Of a stretch of DNA of 64,000 nucleotides, positions 11,265 to 21,851 are shown piece by piece. This stretch comes from a virus, in IMG/VR virus record IMGVR_UViG_3300021225_000468, positions 64,958-128,957 of that record; one strand, given 5' to 3'. Under the pieces are notes generated by a model that had not been told where the DNA came from, ran no database searches, and was given only the letters and a program-made list of their open reading frames with translations. Within the stretch, counting starts at the first letter, position 1; each line of letters opens with the position of its first letter. Position numbers and translations under genes: made by a program.

Positions 11265-11705
11265 TCAGTAAAATTCTATTTTTACACCACATTCTTCAAA
11301 CATCACTTTAGTTCTAATAGATTCTTCATCCCATTTTTCTCTATTAAAGGTGGTATCCTGTTTTTTACAATATACTTTTACAATCCCTGCATTAATAATT
11401 GCTCTTGCACAATTAGAACAAGGAATACCTGATGTTAAATAGATTGTGGAATTTTTGAGTTTTGTTCCCACCCTTGCAGCATTTAGGATTGCGTTTAATT
11501 CCGCATGTACCATCCAAAAGTATTTTTCAGGTCTTTCCTGACGTTCTTTTATATTATCGTCTATTCCCCTTGGAAATGAATTATAACCCGTAGAAAGTAC
11601 CTCGTTGTCGGTCCCAACGATTACTGCACCAATCTGTGTTGATTGGTCTTTAGATTTCTGTTTTACAGTCTCCGCAATATTTAAAAAATATTCAATCCAA
11701 TTCAT
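11265..11705 (-). CDS. dCMP deaminase
   Basis: STGYNSFPRG, HAELNAI and PCSNC zinc-deaminase motifs. Confidence 0.92.
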   Translation of the reverse strand: MNWIEYFLNIAETVKQKSKDQSTQIGAVIVGTDNEVLSTGYNSFPRGIDDNIKERQERPEKYFWMVHAELNAILNAARVGTKLKNSTIYLTSGIPCSNCARAIINAGIVKVYCKKQDTTFNREKWDEESIRTKVMFEECGVKIEFY

Positions 11706-11757
11706 TTAACAATATTAAATATTTTTTTTTCAACTAAAAAATTAATATATTTTAATC

Positions 11758-12126
11758 ATGGAATTCAATAGTGATTTTCAATATGATTTAAGAATTGGAC
11801 AAGAAGGGGAAAAACAAATTGCATTAATATTTGAAACCCCTGTCGAAAAAATTGAAGTAAAAAGAGACTTGAAAGCATTAAAGACAGGTAATTTATATTT
11901 CGAGTATGAAAGTAGAGGAAAAAAAAGCGGTATTGCAACCACAAATGCTGAGTATATTTTTATAATTGTTGAAGGTTCCTCTGGTGGATTATTTTTTGAA
12001 ACTAAGAAATTAAGAAATGTTCTGAGACCCTTAATACCTACACACACAAAACTTGGTGGTGATAATAACACAAGTAAAGGTATTTTAATCAGTATATCTG
12101 AATTAATGAAACTATATACTATATAA
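11758..12126 (+). CDS. PD-(D/E)XK-family nuclease-like protein
   Basis: GQEGE...IEVKRD...TGNLYFEY...SGI pattern. Confidence 0.6.
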   Translation: MEFNSDFQYDLRIGQEGEKQIALIFETPVEKIEVKRDLKALKTGNLYFEYESRGKKSGIATTNAEYIFIIVEGSSGGLFFETKKLRNVLRPLIPTHTKLGGDNNTSKGILISISELMKLYTI

Positions 12127-12807
12127 TCATAAAATTTTATTTGATTTTGAAATATTTTCAGGTCCCCATAATGGTCTTAAATTTTCTAAAGACCAACATT
12201 TTTTAAATTCATTATCATCAACCGTTTCAAATTCAAAGGAAGTTATTGGTAATATATGGTCAACATGCCACTTGCCATAATTATCCCATGACATATTATC
12301 AATAAACTGTTTTTCTAAATGTTCAATTAATTGTTCAGGAGAATATCCTAATGTATCAAAATAACTTGAATATTTCTTTAAATTATTTTCTTTAAGTACG
12401 GTATATATTGCAGTTCTAAAATTAGCTACTAATTTATATTTCGGGTCAGAATCTTTTCTTTTTTTCTCGTATATACGTTTAGTTTCTTTAATTCTCTCTT
12501 TATTGTTTTCTCTCCACTCTTTTATATATTGTTTTCTATATTCAATGTTTTTAATTCTCCATTTTCTATGTTTCTCACTTGTATGTTCTTTATTCGCATC
12601 TCTCCATTTTTTATCAGCGACTTTTCTTCCGCCATTAAACATTCTACCCGAATTTCTTAATTCAACATTGTTTTCTTTTAAAATTAATAATATTCTTTTT
12701 TTTGGTATTTTATATTTTTCATTTAAGGCATTAGTACTAAGTTTATTTTCTATGTAATCTTTGATAATTTGATTTATTTGGTCTACAGACACATCTATTT
12801 TTCTCAT
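12127..12807 (-). CDS. HNH homing endonuclease-like protein
   Basis: MSWDNYGKWHVDHILP...NLRPLW...N.SKSN; basic helical N-terminus; start set at MRKIDV. Confidence 0.8.
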   Translation of the reverse strand: MRKIDVSVDQINQIIKDYIENKLSTNALNEKYKIPKKRILLILKENNVELRNSGRMFNGGRKVADKKWRDANKEHTSEKHRKWRIKNIEYRKQYIKEWRENNKERIKETKRIYEKKRKDSDPKYKLVANFRTAIYTVLKENNLKKYSSYFDTLGYSPEQLIEHLEKQFIDNMSWDNYGKWHVDHILPITSFEFETVDDNEFKKCWSLENLRPLWGPENISKSNKIL

Positions 12808-12861
12808 AGTTATAAATATACACATATTACACCAAAAAACAAATTGTTCATCAATAAAAAT

Positions 12862-12890
12862 AAAAAACCCCCGAATTTTCGGGGGTTTTT
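12862..12890 (-). terminator. Intrinsic terminator of the capsid operon
   Basis: AAAAAACCCCCGAA-TT-TTCGGGGGTTTTT hairpin just past the major capsid stop. Confidence 0.85.
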
Positions 12891-12912
12891 ATATTTAAGT
12901 AATCTTACGGGA

Positions 12913-14634
12913 TTATCTTAAAGTGTCGAGACTGAATGTTACAAGACCCTTCACATCAATAACGCCAAAGTAGCGATTATTTACCATTTTTTTCGCATAT
13001 CTGGTCATGATACCTTTGATTGGTGTGAAATTGAATGGGTTGAACATTGTTGGGGTTAATTGTAAGGGCACGTATGGTGCGTAAATGTAACCCGCGTCTA
13101 ACAATGATTTACCTTTGTGACCAATGAGGATTTTACCTGCTGGGAAGTATGGGTCACGATATACTTGGTATCTACCTGCGAGAGTACCAATTTTTTCAAT
13201 ACCCATGTTGTATTGGTCTTGCTCAGGATGAGCGTTTGAAACGTGGAAATATTCCAAATCATCGAATACTGCAGATACTTCTGAAGAAACAACAATCCAG
13301 TTTGCTCCACCTCTCAAGGTTGTTTTATGGATTTGAGCGGAAACTTGGTTGATTTTAGTAATCAATGTTTGGTTCCAATCTTTCTGAGTGTAACCAACAT
13401 ATGAGGAACCTTGATTACCATACTTCCATTCGTTGTAATCCCACTTGGTTTTCCATGCTGCACCTTTTCTGAGGTCACGGAGAATTTCCCTATCTACTTC
13501 AGCAGCGATTTGCTCAGAAAGTAATGCGGTTAATTCAGCCTCAGCGTCGATGTTATGGAATGCACTAACGTCTTGTGCTAATTCAGGTGACCATGTTGCT
13601 CTGAGTTTTCTTTCAGTAACAGAAACTGTAACTGATTCGAGGTCGAAAGAAACTTCACCGATAGCATCTTCAAATTCGAGAGTGTCATACTGACGATATG
13701 TGATTACAAAGTCAGAACCTGCTAATGCAGTTGCACCACTCCAAGTTGAAAAACCTGCAGTTGGTGAGTATGTTTCTAAATCAATGTTAAGATACATTGT
13801 ACCTTCTTCATCACAAATATCTTGGAAAAGGTTACCGTTAGTACCTGCAGATTTTTGACCGTATTGAACGATACCTTTACCATATTTCTGTGTAACCACA
13901 TTAAATGGTAATGATGCTCCTGATTGTACTTTTGATGTTGATACCTGTAAAGATGCAAGGAATTCTTCAGTATCCATTTCGTTACCATCAGGACCTGCGA
14001 TTTTACCTTGACCATTTTTAGAGAAACCTGAAACAGCCAAAATCACTGATGAAGTACTTGTACCTGAAGCAACAGTAGTTGTTGATGCAACACCTGAAGC
14101 AAAAGTAACAAGAGTCCATCCTGTTAAAGATACTGTTTGATAATCACCCTTAGAATAATCGAAGAGACCTGAAGATGCGTCATCACTTGTCTCATAGAAA
14201 CGGTCATAAAGGTTAATACCTGTGTAACCTGTAGCAGGATTAGTACCACCAGCACCACCAGGAATTCCATAAGGAGAATAGTGTGAACCGTTGTTTCTGT
14301 CCTGAATTTTAGGTACAAAATAGAACAATTTACCAATTGGTAAGTTCATTGCTTGTACTGATACGATATCGTTTGCTAACAACTTAGAGAAAACTCTTCT
14401 GATGATTGGGAAAACAACAGTTTCGAATGAACCTGATGCATCTGCAACCGCAGCTTCGTTAATTAAGTATGAAGCTTGGTTTTCATACAATTGTGCAATG
14501 TTATCTTTTTGATGACCCTCTAAACCTTCGAGGAATCCGAGGTCATCCCACTTTCTGATGGTATCTTCTTTGATAACACGGAGGTGCTTGAGACCTATGT
14601 TACCAACCATACCTGAATCTAATAATGCTCCCAT
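12913..14634 (-). CDS. Major capsid protein (T4 gp23-like)
   Basis: IVSVQAMNLP.G, RKLRATWSPELAQD..AFHNIDAEAEL, YAPYVPL, GIMTRY. Confidence 0.96.
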   Translation of the reverse strand: MGALLDSGMVGNIGLKHLRVIKEDTIRKWDDLGFLEGLEGHQKDNIAQLYENQASYLINEAAVADASGSFETVVFPIIRRVFSKLLANDIVSVQAMNLPIGKLFYFVPKIQDRNNGSHYSPYGIPGGAGGTNPATGYTGINLYDRFYETSDDASSGLFDYSKGDYQTVSLTGWTLVTFASGVASTTTVASGTSTSSVILAVSGFSKNGQGKIAGPDGNEMDTEEFLASLQVSTSKVQSGASLPFNVVTQKYGKGIVQYGQKSAGTNGNLFQDICDEEGTMYLNIDLETYSPTAGFSTWSGATALAGSDFVITYRQYDTLEFEDAIGEVSFDLESVTVSVTERKLRATWSPELAQDVSAFHNIDAEAELTALLSEQIAAEVDREILRDLRKGAAWKTKWDYNEWKYGNQGSSYVGYTQKDWNQTLITKINQVSAQIHKTTLRGGANWIVVSSEVSAVFDDLEYFHVSNAHPEQDQYNMGIEKIGTLAGRYQVYRDPYFPAGKILIGHKGKSLLDAGYIYAPYVPLQLTPTMFNPFNFTPIKGIMTRYAKKMVNNRYFGVIDVKGLVTFSLDTLR

Positions 14635-14660
14635 TTTTGTTTTTATTTAATTTTTATTTT

Positions 14661-15836
14661 TTATTTTATTTTTGTCATCAATTCTTTCATTCTTTTAAAC
14701 TGTGGATTCTCATATGCTTTCGCTTCTGATAATACATTTTTAGAAGATGAGGATTTAGACGTTGAAGTGATTTTATCTACTACTGTTTCAGTCACTGGTT
14801 TTTTAGTGTCTAATTCAGATTTGATAGTGTTGTACAATGTTTTTGATTCATTCATTGTAGAAATTGAATCAAATCTCTTCAAAATATTCAATTTCTCTTG
14901 TTTAGTTGTTGAGTGTTCAGTAAAAAGACGAGTAGCGTATGCAAGATTTGCGTTGAATACTGCGACTTCATTAAGTTTATCTTTGAAAAGAACAAGTGCT
15001 TTTTTGTATTCTTCATTTTGTTTTTTCAACTTGTCAAACTCTTCATTGACAACTTTAGAACCAGAACCTGCTTTGAACATTTTTTTGTTCTTTAAACCTG
15101 CTCTGTCAGAACCACCTTTATCTCCATGAGGATTCCATTTAGTTCTTGCCGCTTCAGTTGCTTCAACTTTTTTCTCATCATCTTCTTCTTTAACCTCTTC
15201 ATCAGACTCTTCATCTAACTCGATTTCATAGACAGTTTCTTCTTCATTTGACATATCATCTCCTTCAGTCATGTCTTTTTCAGTCATTTCTTCTTCGGAC
15301 ATTTCCATATCATCAGAATCTTCTAAATCATCAAGTTTGATAATATATTCATCTCCTGATACATCGATTTGAAGATTATTACCATCCTTCTTTACTATGA
15401 TACCATCATCAGGTTTCATTGCTTTAAATACTTTCAACACTTCTTCATCTGACGCATTTGTCATGTCTAAAGTGTCGGGTTCTTCCATAGAAGGAGTTTC
15501 ATCATCCATAGAGGACATATCGTCATCCATAGAGGGAGTTTCATCTTCGTCATCCATTTTTGATGAGTCATCCATAGATTCATCATCATCCATTTCACCA
15601 TCTTCAGATGATTCGTCTTCAGTTTTTGATTCTTCATCACCTACTGTATCTTCAGTTGGTACATCTTCTTCCGCTTCTTTTGATTCTTCTTCAGAATCCA
15701 TATTCTCTTCTTCAAGCAAATTTTTCAGTTCCGTTTTCAATGTTGCAGAAAGTATACCTTTTGAATTTTGCTTCATCGCTTCTTCGAGATTTTCCATCTG
15801 AAGTAAAGCTTCTTCTAAAATAGATTTTTGAGCCAT
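14661..15836 (-). CDS. Prohead core scaffolding protein (gp22-like)
   Basis: Very acidic, coiled-coil C-terminus, lies between protease and capsid genes. Confidence 0.75.
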   Translation of the reverse strand: MAQKSILEEALLQMENLEEAMKQNSKGILSATLKTELKNLLEEENMDSEEESKEAEEDVPTEDTVGDEESKTEDESSEDGEMDDDESMDDSSKMDDEDETPSMDDDMSSMDDETPSMEEPDTLDMTNASDEEVLKVFKAMKPDDGIIVKKDGNNLQIDVSGDEYIIKLDDLEDSDDMEMSEEEMTEKDMTEGDDMSNEEETVYEIELDEESDEEVKEEDDEKKVEATEAARTKWNPHGDKGGSDRAGLKNKKMFKAGSGSKVVNEEFDKLKKQNEEYKKALVLFKDKLNEVAVFNANLAYATRLFTEHSTTKQEKLNILKRFDSISTMNESKTLYNTIKSELDTKKPVTETVVDKITSTSKSSSSKNVLSEAKAYENPQFKRMKELMTKIK

Positions 15837-15914
15837 TTTTTTAATTTTACTTTTATATAAATATTATTGAATTAGAAAAAATTTCAGATACAATATAAAA
15901 TAATTAATATTTTT

Positions 15915-16601
15915 TTATTTAGATAAAAAATTATTTAACTTACCCATCAAGTTTTTCATTTTATCGACATCTACATCTTTCTCTTCGATAGATTCTTGAT
16001 ACTGTTCTCTATCTTTTAAATCTGAAAAAATGTAAGCACCTGGTGTAGAGGGTGATGAGACTAAATCAAAACATACAAGTTCAAAATCATCTTGTACCAC
16101 GTTTTGACCTTTTATTTGTTTTAAGGAACCGACACCTCTTGATGATATACCAAGGGTCGCACCATTCATAAGTAAATATGCAGCTTGGTCTCCTTTTGTA
16201 GAGACAATACCCATTTTTTGCCAACCAGGTGTTAAGTAAATTTTGATTTTACCCATCAAAATTTTACCATCCCACCAAGTTTCAAGAATTGAATGTGATA
16301 CTCTATCTAAATCGATAAGAGACGATGTTGGGTGGTTTAATTCATTGAGTGCCCCACCCTTCTTAATTATTGATTGATACTTATCAACTTCTCTTTTTAA
16401 TATAACTTCAGGATATAATCTACCATTCTTGTTTGGTGTATCGTACTTTTGTAAAACAGCATAAAGAATCAAATCTTTACTAAAATCTAAGTCTTTCATT
16501 TCTTTGATGATAGTTTTATTATCATCATAAGAGATGTAACCAGCGTCATACTCAATCAAAAATCCACGTTGATTATAATCATTTGGACCTAATATCTTCA
16601 T
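15915..16601 (-). CDS. Prohead core protease (gp21-like)
   Basis: NKNGRLYP, ELNHP, VSH, GISSRGVGS, DLVSSPSTPGA. Confidence 0.92.
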   Translation of the reverse strand: MKILGPNDYNQRGFLIEYDAGYISYDDNKTIIKEMKDLDFSKDLILYAVLQKYDTPNKNGRLYPEVILKREVDKYQSIIKKGGALNELNHPTSSLIDLDRVSHSILETWWDGKILMGKIKIYLTPGWQKMGIVSTKGDQAAYLLMNGATLGISSRGVGSLKQIKGQNVVQDDFELVCFDLVSSPSTPGAYIFSDLKDREQYQESIEEKDVDVDKMKNLMGKLNNFLSK

Positions 16602-16636
16602 TTATAGTTTTTATACTATAAATACATCGATATTGA

Positions 16637-17062
16637 TTAATTTTTAGTTTTATTGAAATTGAATAAAGTTTTATCTTGCAGACATGTGTCTATAATATTT
16701 TTAATTATATTTTTAATTAATGATTTATATTCACTATCTTTGATGTCGAATGGTTGATTTACAAATAATGTGATTTCTAAATTCATAAAAGATTTTTTAG
16801 ATGATTTGATACCATTAATTTTGATATCTAAATCAACAATACTTTCTTTTTTAAAATTAGAATTATTTAGTTCGTAAATTAAATTTTTAATTTTTCTTCT
16901 CGATGATAAAACAATCAAATCATATTCAGTCTCATCATTCAACGGTAATAACCATGAATTTAATTTAAGATAAACAGTTTTCAAATTTCTAAAATCTACC
17001 GTACCATATCCAATCTTTACATTCTTATAATTTCCTAATTCTATAAATTTACCAGCCTTCAT
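16637..17062 (-). CDS. Hypothetical protein in head module
   Basis: 141-aa ORF. Confidence 0.7.
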   Translation of the reverse strand: MKAGKFIELGNYKNVKIGYGTVDFRNLKTVYLKLNSWLLPLNDETEYDLIVLSSRRKIKNLIYELNNSNFKKESIVDLDIKINGIKSSKKSFMNLEITLFVNQPFDIKDSEYKSLIKNIIKNIIDTCLQDKTLFNFNKTKN

Positions 17063-17162
17063 TCAAAACATGTTAAAAAATATTAATGTTATTAATAAAT
17101 TATAAACAAAATTTATTTTTTTTCAAAAAAAAAGTATATATATTTGTAAAAAAGAATTAAAT

Positions 17163-17354
17163 ATGATTATAATCAATGTATCAGAAGAAAAAAATATCGA
17201 ATCAGCATTAAAAACCTATAAGAATAGAGTACAAAAATCTAAACAATTGTTGATTCTAAAAGATAAACAGACGTATATTAAACCGTCAGTTCAAAAAAGA
17301 GAAAAAATACAGAAAGCAAAATATAGTCAAAAAATAAAAAATGGTCTTGATTAA
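17163..17354 (+). CDS. rpsU: Ribosomal protein bS21
   Basis: 63 aa, basic; I.V....NIESALKTYK...YIKPSVQKR is the bS21 pattern; located among head genes as reported for bS21 phages. Confidence 0.85.
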   Translation: MIIINVSEEKNIESALKTYKNRVQKSKQLLILKDKQTYIKPSVQKREKIQKAKYSQKIKNGLD

Positions 17355-17370
17355 TCAAGACCATTTTTTA
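17335..17370. terminator. 36-bp perfect palindrome, probable bidirectional terminator overlapping two stop codons
   Basis: TAAAAAATGGTCTTGATT|AATCAAGACCATTTTTTA centred on the shared TTAA. Confidence 0.7.
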
Positions 17371-18097
17371 ATTGTGTTAATTTGTAATAATTGTATTTAG
17401 TTGGTGAACTATTAATTACTTGTTCTTTTGTGTTATTTAGTTTATCAGTTAATTCGGAATCTTTAGATTCATTTAAAAGACTATCTAATTTATTTAATAA
17501 TTCATTTTTTATTGAGTCAATTTCATTTATAATTTGTTCATTGTTTAATGATGCTATTTTTTTAAATTCTTGTTTTTCTTCTTCGGACATTAATTTTTGA
17601 AAATTACTGTTAAAATTGTTTGTTAAAACCGCGGATAATAATTTAGTATTTTCTGTAAAAATATTTGATGGTTCTTCTTCTAATTCTTTCTCTTTTTTAG
17701 TTTTAATATATTGAATTAGTTTGTTTTTGGCGATAACCTTTTTTTCTAAATTTAACAAAGTAGTATTTTCTGATAATATATCTATACATTCATAAATTTC
17801 ATTGTTTTGAACATTTACGTCTGATAACTTTTCACTCATAGTTTCTAACATGGGTTTTACTTTCTTAATCTTTTCAATTAAAAAAGGTTCCATATTTTCT
17901 ACATATAATTTTGCGGTGGCATCATCATTTAATTGTATATTTTCTATATTTTCATAGAATAAATATAATTCTTTAAAATCATCATTACTTTTTATTTCCT
18001 TCAATAGGTTTTTTAGTTCGCTTTTATTTTCATTTTCATATAAATTAACTAATTTATTTATGATAGATGATTTTAATTGTCCAAATGTTTTTTTCAT
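17351..18097 (-). CDS. Hypothetical helical protein downstream of portal
   Basis: 248-aa ORF coupled to the portal gene. Confidence 0.75.
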   Translation of the reverse strand: MKKTFGQLKSSIINKLVNLYENENKSELKNLLKEIKSNDDFKELYLFYENIENIQLNDDATAKLYVENMEPFLIEKIKKVKPMLETMSEKLSDVNVQNNEIYECIDILSENTTLLNLEKKVIAKNKLIQYIKTKKEKELEEEPSNIFTENTKLLSAVLTNNFNSNFQKLMSEEEKQEFKKIASLNNEQIINEIDSIKNELLNKLDSLLNESKDSELTDKLNNTKEQVINSSPTKYNYYKLTQLKNGLD

Positions 18098-18099
18098 TT

Positions 18100-19941
18100 T
18101 TAATCGTTTAGTATATCTTTTATTTTCTTTTCCATTTCATAAATATTTTGTTGAGCCTTTTTTATATCAAATAAATCGTCTAATTTTAGATTTTCTTCAT
18201 TTACTCCCAAAAAAATACGTTTTTTTGACTCACTCAATGGTGGTTCACCACCCGCAGGTGCTGAAGGTTCTGACATAGGTGCAGGTGCTCCACCACCAAG
18301 TGCACCCATATCACCACCAGATTCTCCACCTTCACCTGATGTTGCTGCTTGTTCTTGTTTCTTCCTTTCTTCCTCAGGAATACCATACTTTGAATCTACC
18401 TCATCGAATATCCTTGTTCTTTTAATTATATTCTGTGTATTAGTCAATTCAACACCAATCGCTCTTTCAAGTCTTTGTTGTTGTAAATCAAGAACGACTT
18501 CGCTATCACTCATTCCAAGGATATTTTTCTTTGCCCAAGTGTGTGATACAGGTAAAATACCTAATTGAGATTGGTCAGAAGTTGCGTCTTTATATAATGT
18601 GATTTTTTCTTTCCACTGTTCTATTCTTAATAGGTCAGATTGTGCAGATGGATTTGTTAGAGATAATGAAAAATTATTTAATTCATCTTCTAATCCTAAC
18701 AAGTATAAATGAACTAACGCAATTTTGTTTAATTCTTGAATTAATGACTTTTGAATTCTATTGATAGTTCTTGCAAAACGAATATCCATCAATGCTAATT
18801 GTTTACCTTCTCCAACAACGTCCTCAAATCCAAGAAACGCTTTAGGTATCCTTAATGCTGCTAACATTTTCTTCTGAATATATTCAATATCTGCAATCTC
18901 ACCTAAATTTTGTGCACCTGGTAGTGTCTCAATAGGGTTAGTTTGTGCAGGGTCTCTTACAGCAATGAAATAATCTTGGTCTACCGCCATTTGATTATAT
19001 CTCATATCAACTTGACCATTCTTTGGGTCTTGTATTTGGTCTCTTTTAAATTTGTTTGCAACACGTTGTACATACGCCTCAACATCTTTATCATCCATGT
19101 TACCTACAAATATTTTGAACACTCTTCTTTCAGGTGCTCTTGATGTTCTATATATCAACATAGCATCTTCAGCGAGAAGAAGTTGTTTCCATATTCTTCT
19201 AATTTTATCTAACATAGATGTACCGTATGGTAACTTTCTATCATCACCTAATAATCTAAAATGAGCAATTTCCCATGACTGAAATTCCATTTCCTTATTA
19301 CTCCATTTGAATCGAAGTTCACGACTTGGAATATGAAATTCTTTTTGATTGACAGTTGCAGATGGTGTTCCTTCCCATCTTTCTATTTCAATGTTTGGTA
19401 ACTGTTGACACCCAATAATACCTTCTTTTGGGTCAATTTTTAAATACACAAAATCATCACCATACTTACACAATCCTCTTGTCCACATCTGAAGATTAGT
19501 GTTTATATCTAATCTATTTACAAATAAATCGTGTAATATATTTTTTACTCTATCAGATTCAGAAAATATAGTTAAGATTTGACCTTGTTCTGAAAGAGTT
19601 GTAGATTCTTCCGCATATATGTCTAATGCAGCAGATATTTCAGGAGTAAACTCCATACTTTCATAATCATAATATGCTGCTAACCTATTTGGTTCATAAT
19701 AAACCGACTGATTATATAGTGATTGGTCAAGTTTTACCCATTTGTCTGATAGATATTGTGATTGTTGAGACTGAAGTAACGCTTTTTCATATTCTTCTTT
19801 ACTACTTGTCTTTAATAATTCGTCTTTTGAAAAGTTAAACTTTGGGGTATTGTCTTGTTTTATGTCTTCAGGTTTCGTTTCACCAGGAAAACCAAAAACT
19901 TTAGTTAATTTTTGAAATATTGTTAAATTCTTTTCTGCCAT
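18100..19941 (-). CDS. Portal protein (T4 gp20-like)
   Basis: EDAMLIYRTSRAPERRVF, QDYF, IETLPGAQNLGEIADIEY...ALRIP. Confidence 0.95.
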   Translation of the reverse strand: MAEKNLTIFQKLTKVFGFPGETKPEDIKQDNTPKFNFSKDELLKTSSKEEYEKALLQSQQSQYLSDKWVKLDQSLYNQSVYYEPNRLAAYYDYESMEFTPEISAALDIYAEESTTLSEQGQILTIFSESDRVKNILHDLFVNRLDINTNLQMWTRGLCKYGDDFVYLKIDPKEGIIGCQQLPNIEIERWEGTPSATVNQKEFHIPSRELRFKWSNKEMEFQSWEIAHFRLLGDDRKLPYGTSMLDKIRRIWKQLLLAEDAMLIYRTSRAPERRVFKIFVGNMDDKDVEAYVQRVANKFKRDQIQDPKNGQVDMRYNQMAVDQDYFIAVRDPAQTNPIETLPGAQNLGEIADIEYIQKKMLAALRIPKAFLGFEDVVGEGKQLALMDIRFARTINRIQKSLIQELNKIALVHLYLLGLEDELNNFSLSLTNPSAQSDLLRIEQWKEKITLYKDATSDQSQLGILPVSHTWAKKNILGMSDSEVVLDLQQQRLERAIGVELTNTQNIIKRTRIFDEVDSKYGIPEEERKKQEQAATSGEGGESGGDMGALGGGAPAPMSEPSAPAGGEPPLSESKKRIFLGVNEENLKLDDLFDIKKAQQNIYEMEKKIKDILND

Positions 19942-19994
19942 ATTAAATAAATATTAATATAAATAATACCATAAATTTATTTATGTTTAAATGT

Positions 19995-21773
19995 TTATCT
20001 TGGTTTCCCAAATAACCATGAATATTCTTTATAAACTTCTTTAGGATGATTTAGTGGGTTGTTTTTATGAAACACATTAGTACCATTAGTATGCATGGAT
20101 GCAATTTGGTCTAATGTCTGTCCATATGAATAATACGACTTATTTACTTCATATGTTCTTTCAGATAATGTCCAAGATTCGATAATTGATTTATTTAAAT
20201 TCTCGGCTCTTTCTAATTGACTAAAAGAAATATCACCAACATATAAGGCAATTGAAATACTCATAATGGAATCATCATGAGCTCCTTTCATATGGTCAGG
20301 TCTGCCATTGATGTACACAAAAGTGTTCAATTCATTTAATAATCTATTAGAACGAATTGCAAATCCTTTTCTTACTTGTTCCTCAAACGCAGCAATTATT
20401 TGTGTTCTTTTATTATTAAAATTTATCCCTGGAATTTTATCTAACGCATTTTTCTTATACTCCCAAATGTTTTGAACGTTGATACCATCGATATATAAAT
20501 TTTTATATCCCATTTCAACCAACTTTCTTGATGTTGCAACACCCATACCACCTGTAATATCTATCGCAATAAACGCATTACCGTATAGTACACCCCATTT
20601 GTATGCTATTGATGCTAAGTCATCAGGAGGTATTTTACCTACATATTCAACCACTTGTTCCCTTTCATCAAAATCTATTATATTCATTGATGAAAAATCT
20701 TCACTATCTCCTCTACTAACATCTAAACCCATAACATAACGATGACCATTTATAGGTTCTTTCCATTGCCATAAAGTACCCTGCATAAATTTTTCTATCG
20801 GTACTCTAATTAGGTTTTTAGCAATGTTTTCTTGTATGTCATTTGGAATAACACCATCACCTGAACCTAAGAAATCACATTCAAGTTCTTGTGCAATCTT
20901 ACGTCTATCATATTTGAATTTTTTCGACATAGATTCAAACCATGATGAAAATGGTTTATATCCCTGTTCTTCATATTCTTTATATTTGTTAATGTCAAAA
21001 TCATAAAGAACTACTTCATCATCATTATATTGTTCTCTGTTTAACATATAATGTACAATATCTTGACATTTTACCCACCTCAAATCTTTTGTGTATCTTG
21101 GGTCTTTAAACCATCTTAAATCGGTAATATGAAAGTCATTTAACTTACGTATCGCTTGGTCATAAACACCATAATAAATTGGGTCATAACCATTAGGTGT
21201 TGATATTAATATAATTTTACCACCTGTTGACAAAGATGCCATAGATGCAGCCCAAAAATCTTCACCTGCTTCGATATATGCAGCTTCATCAAATACAAGT
21301 ATTGTTGGTGTATAACCACGTAGGGCATCCGCAGATGTTGCAACTGCTTTTACTTCACAACCATTATTTAATTTAAATCTACTTTCTGAGTTTTTATCAG
21401 GTGAAAATCCTACATTAATCCATTCTGGCCATTGGTCTAAAAAATTCCTGATTTTATTTGCCATTTCTATTGCGGTATCTCTTTTATTCGCAATAATCAA
21501 AACTCTTTCAGGATTTTCTCTTTTTGCTGTTTGTAATTTTTTCGAAATCCAAGCAGCAGTCACAGTTGTAACACCTGCCTGTCTATATTTACGGGTAATA
21601 TTTTCATTATATATCTCGTAGTCTTTTATTAACTGAACTTGGTCAGGAAATAATTCTAATGGGACATATCTTTTTTGTGTGTTATCATATGTTTGTAAAT
21701 AAGTTCTTAGTGCATATGGTGCATCTTTAATTATTTTAGCGTATTCTTTTAATTGTTCTATTTTTCCACTCAT
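19995..21773 (-). CDS. Terminase large subunit (gp17-like)
   Basis: KYRQAGVTT Walker A, VFDEAA Walker B, ISTPNG, QELECDF, GLDVSRG, HDDSIM; start set at MSGK. Confidence 0.95.
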   Translation of the reverse strand: MSGKIEQLKEYAKIIKDAPYALRTYLQTYDNTQKRYVPLELFPDQVQLIKDYEIYNENITRKYRQAGVTTVTAAWISKKLQTAKRENPERVLIIANKRDTAIEMANKIRNFLDQWPEWINVGFSPDKNSESRFKLNNGCEVKAVATSADALRGYTPTILVFDEAAYIEAGEDFWAASMASLSTGGKIILISTPNGYDPIYYGVYDQAIRKLNDFHITDLRWFKDPRYTKDLRWVKCQDIVHYMLNREQYNDDEVVLYDFDINKYKEYEEQGYKPFSSWFESMSKKFKYDRRKIAQELECDFLGSGDGVIPNDIQENIAKNLIRVPIEKFMQGTLWQWKEPINGHRYVMGLDVSRGDSEDFSSMNIIDFDEREQVVEYVGKIPPDDLASIAYKWGVLYGNAFIAIDITGGMGVATSRKLVEMGYKNLYIDGINVQNIWEYKKNALDKIPGINFNNKRTQIIAAFEEQVRKGFAIRSNRLLNELNTFVYINGRPDHMKGAHDDSIMSISIALYVGDISFSQLERAENLNKSIIESWTLSERTYEVNKSYYSYGQTLDQIASMHTNGTNVFHKNNPLNHPKEVYKEYSWLFGKPR

Positions 21774-21851
21774 AACAAATCTATATTCATAAATACAAAA
21801 AAAGTGGTCAAATTTGACCACTTTAATTTTTATTGATTTTTTATTTCAAAT

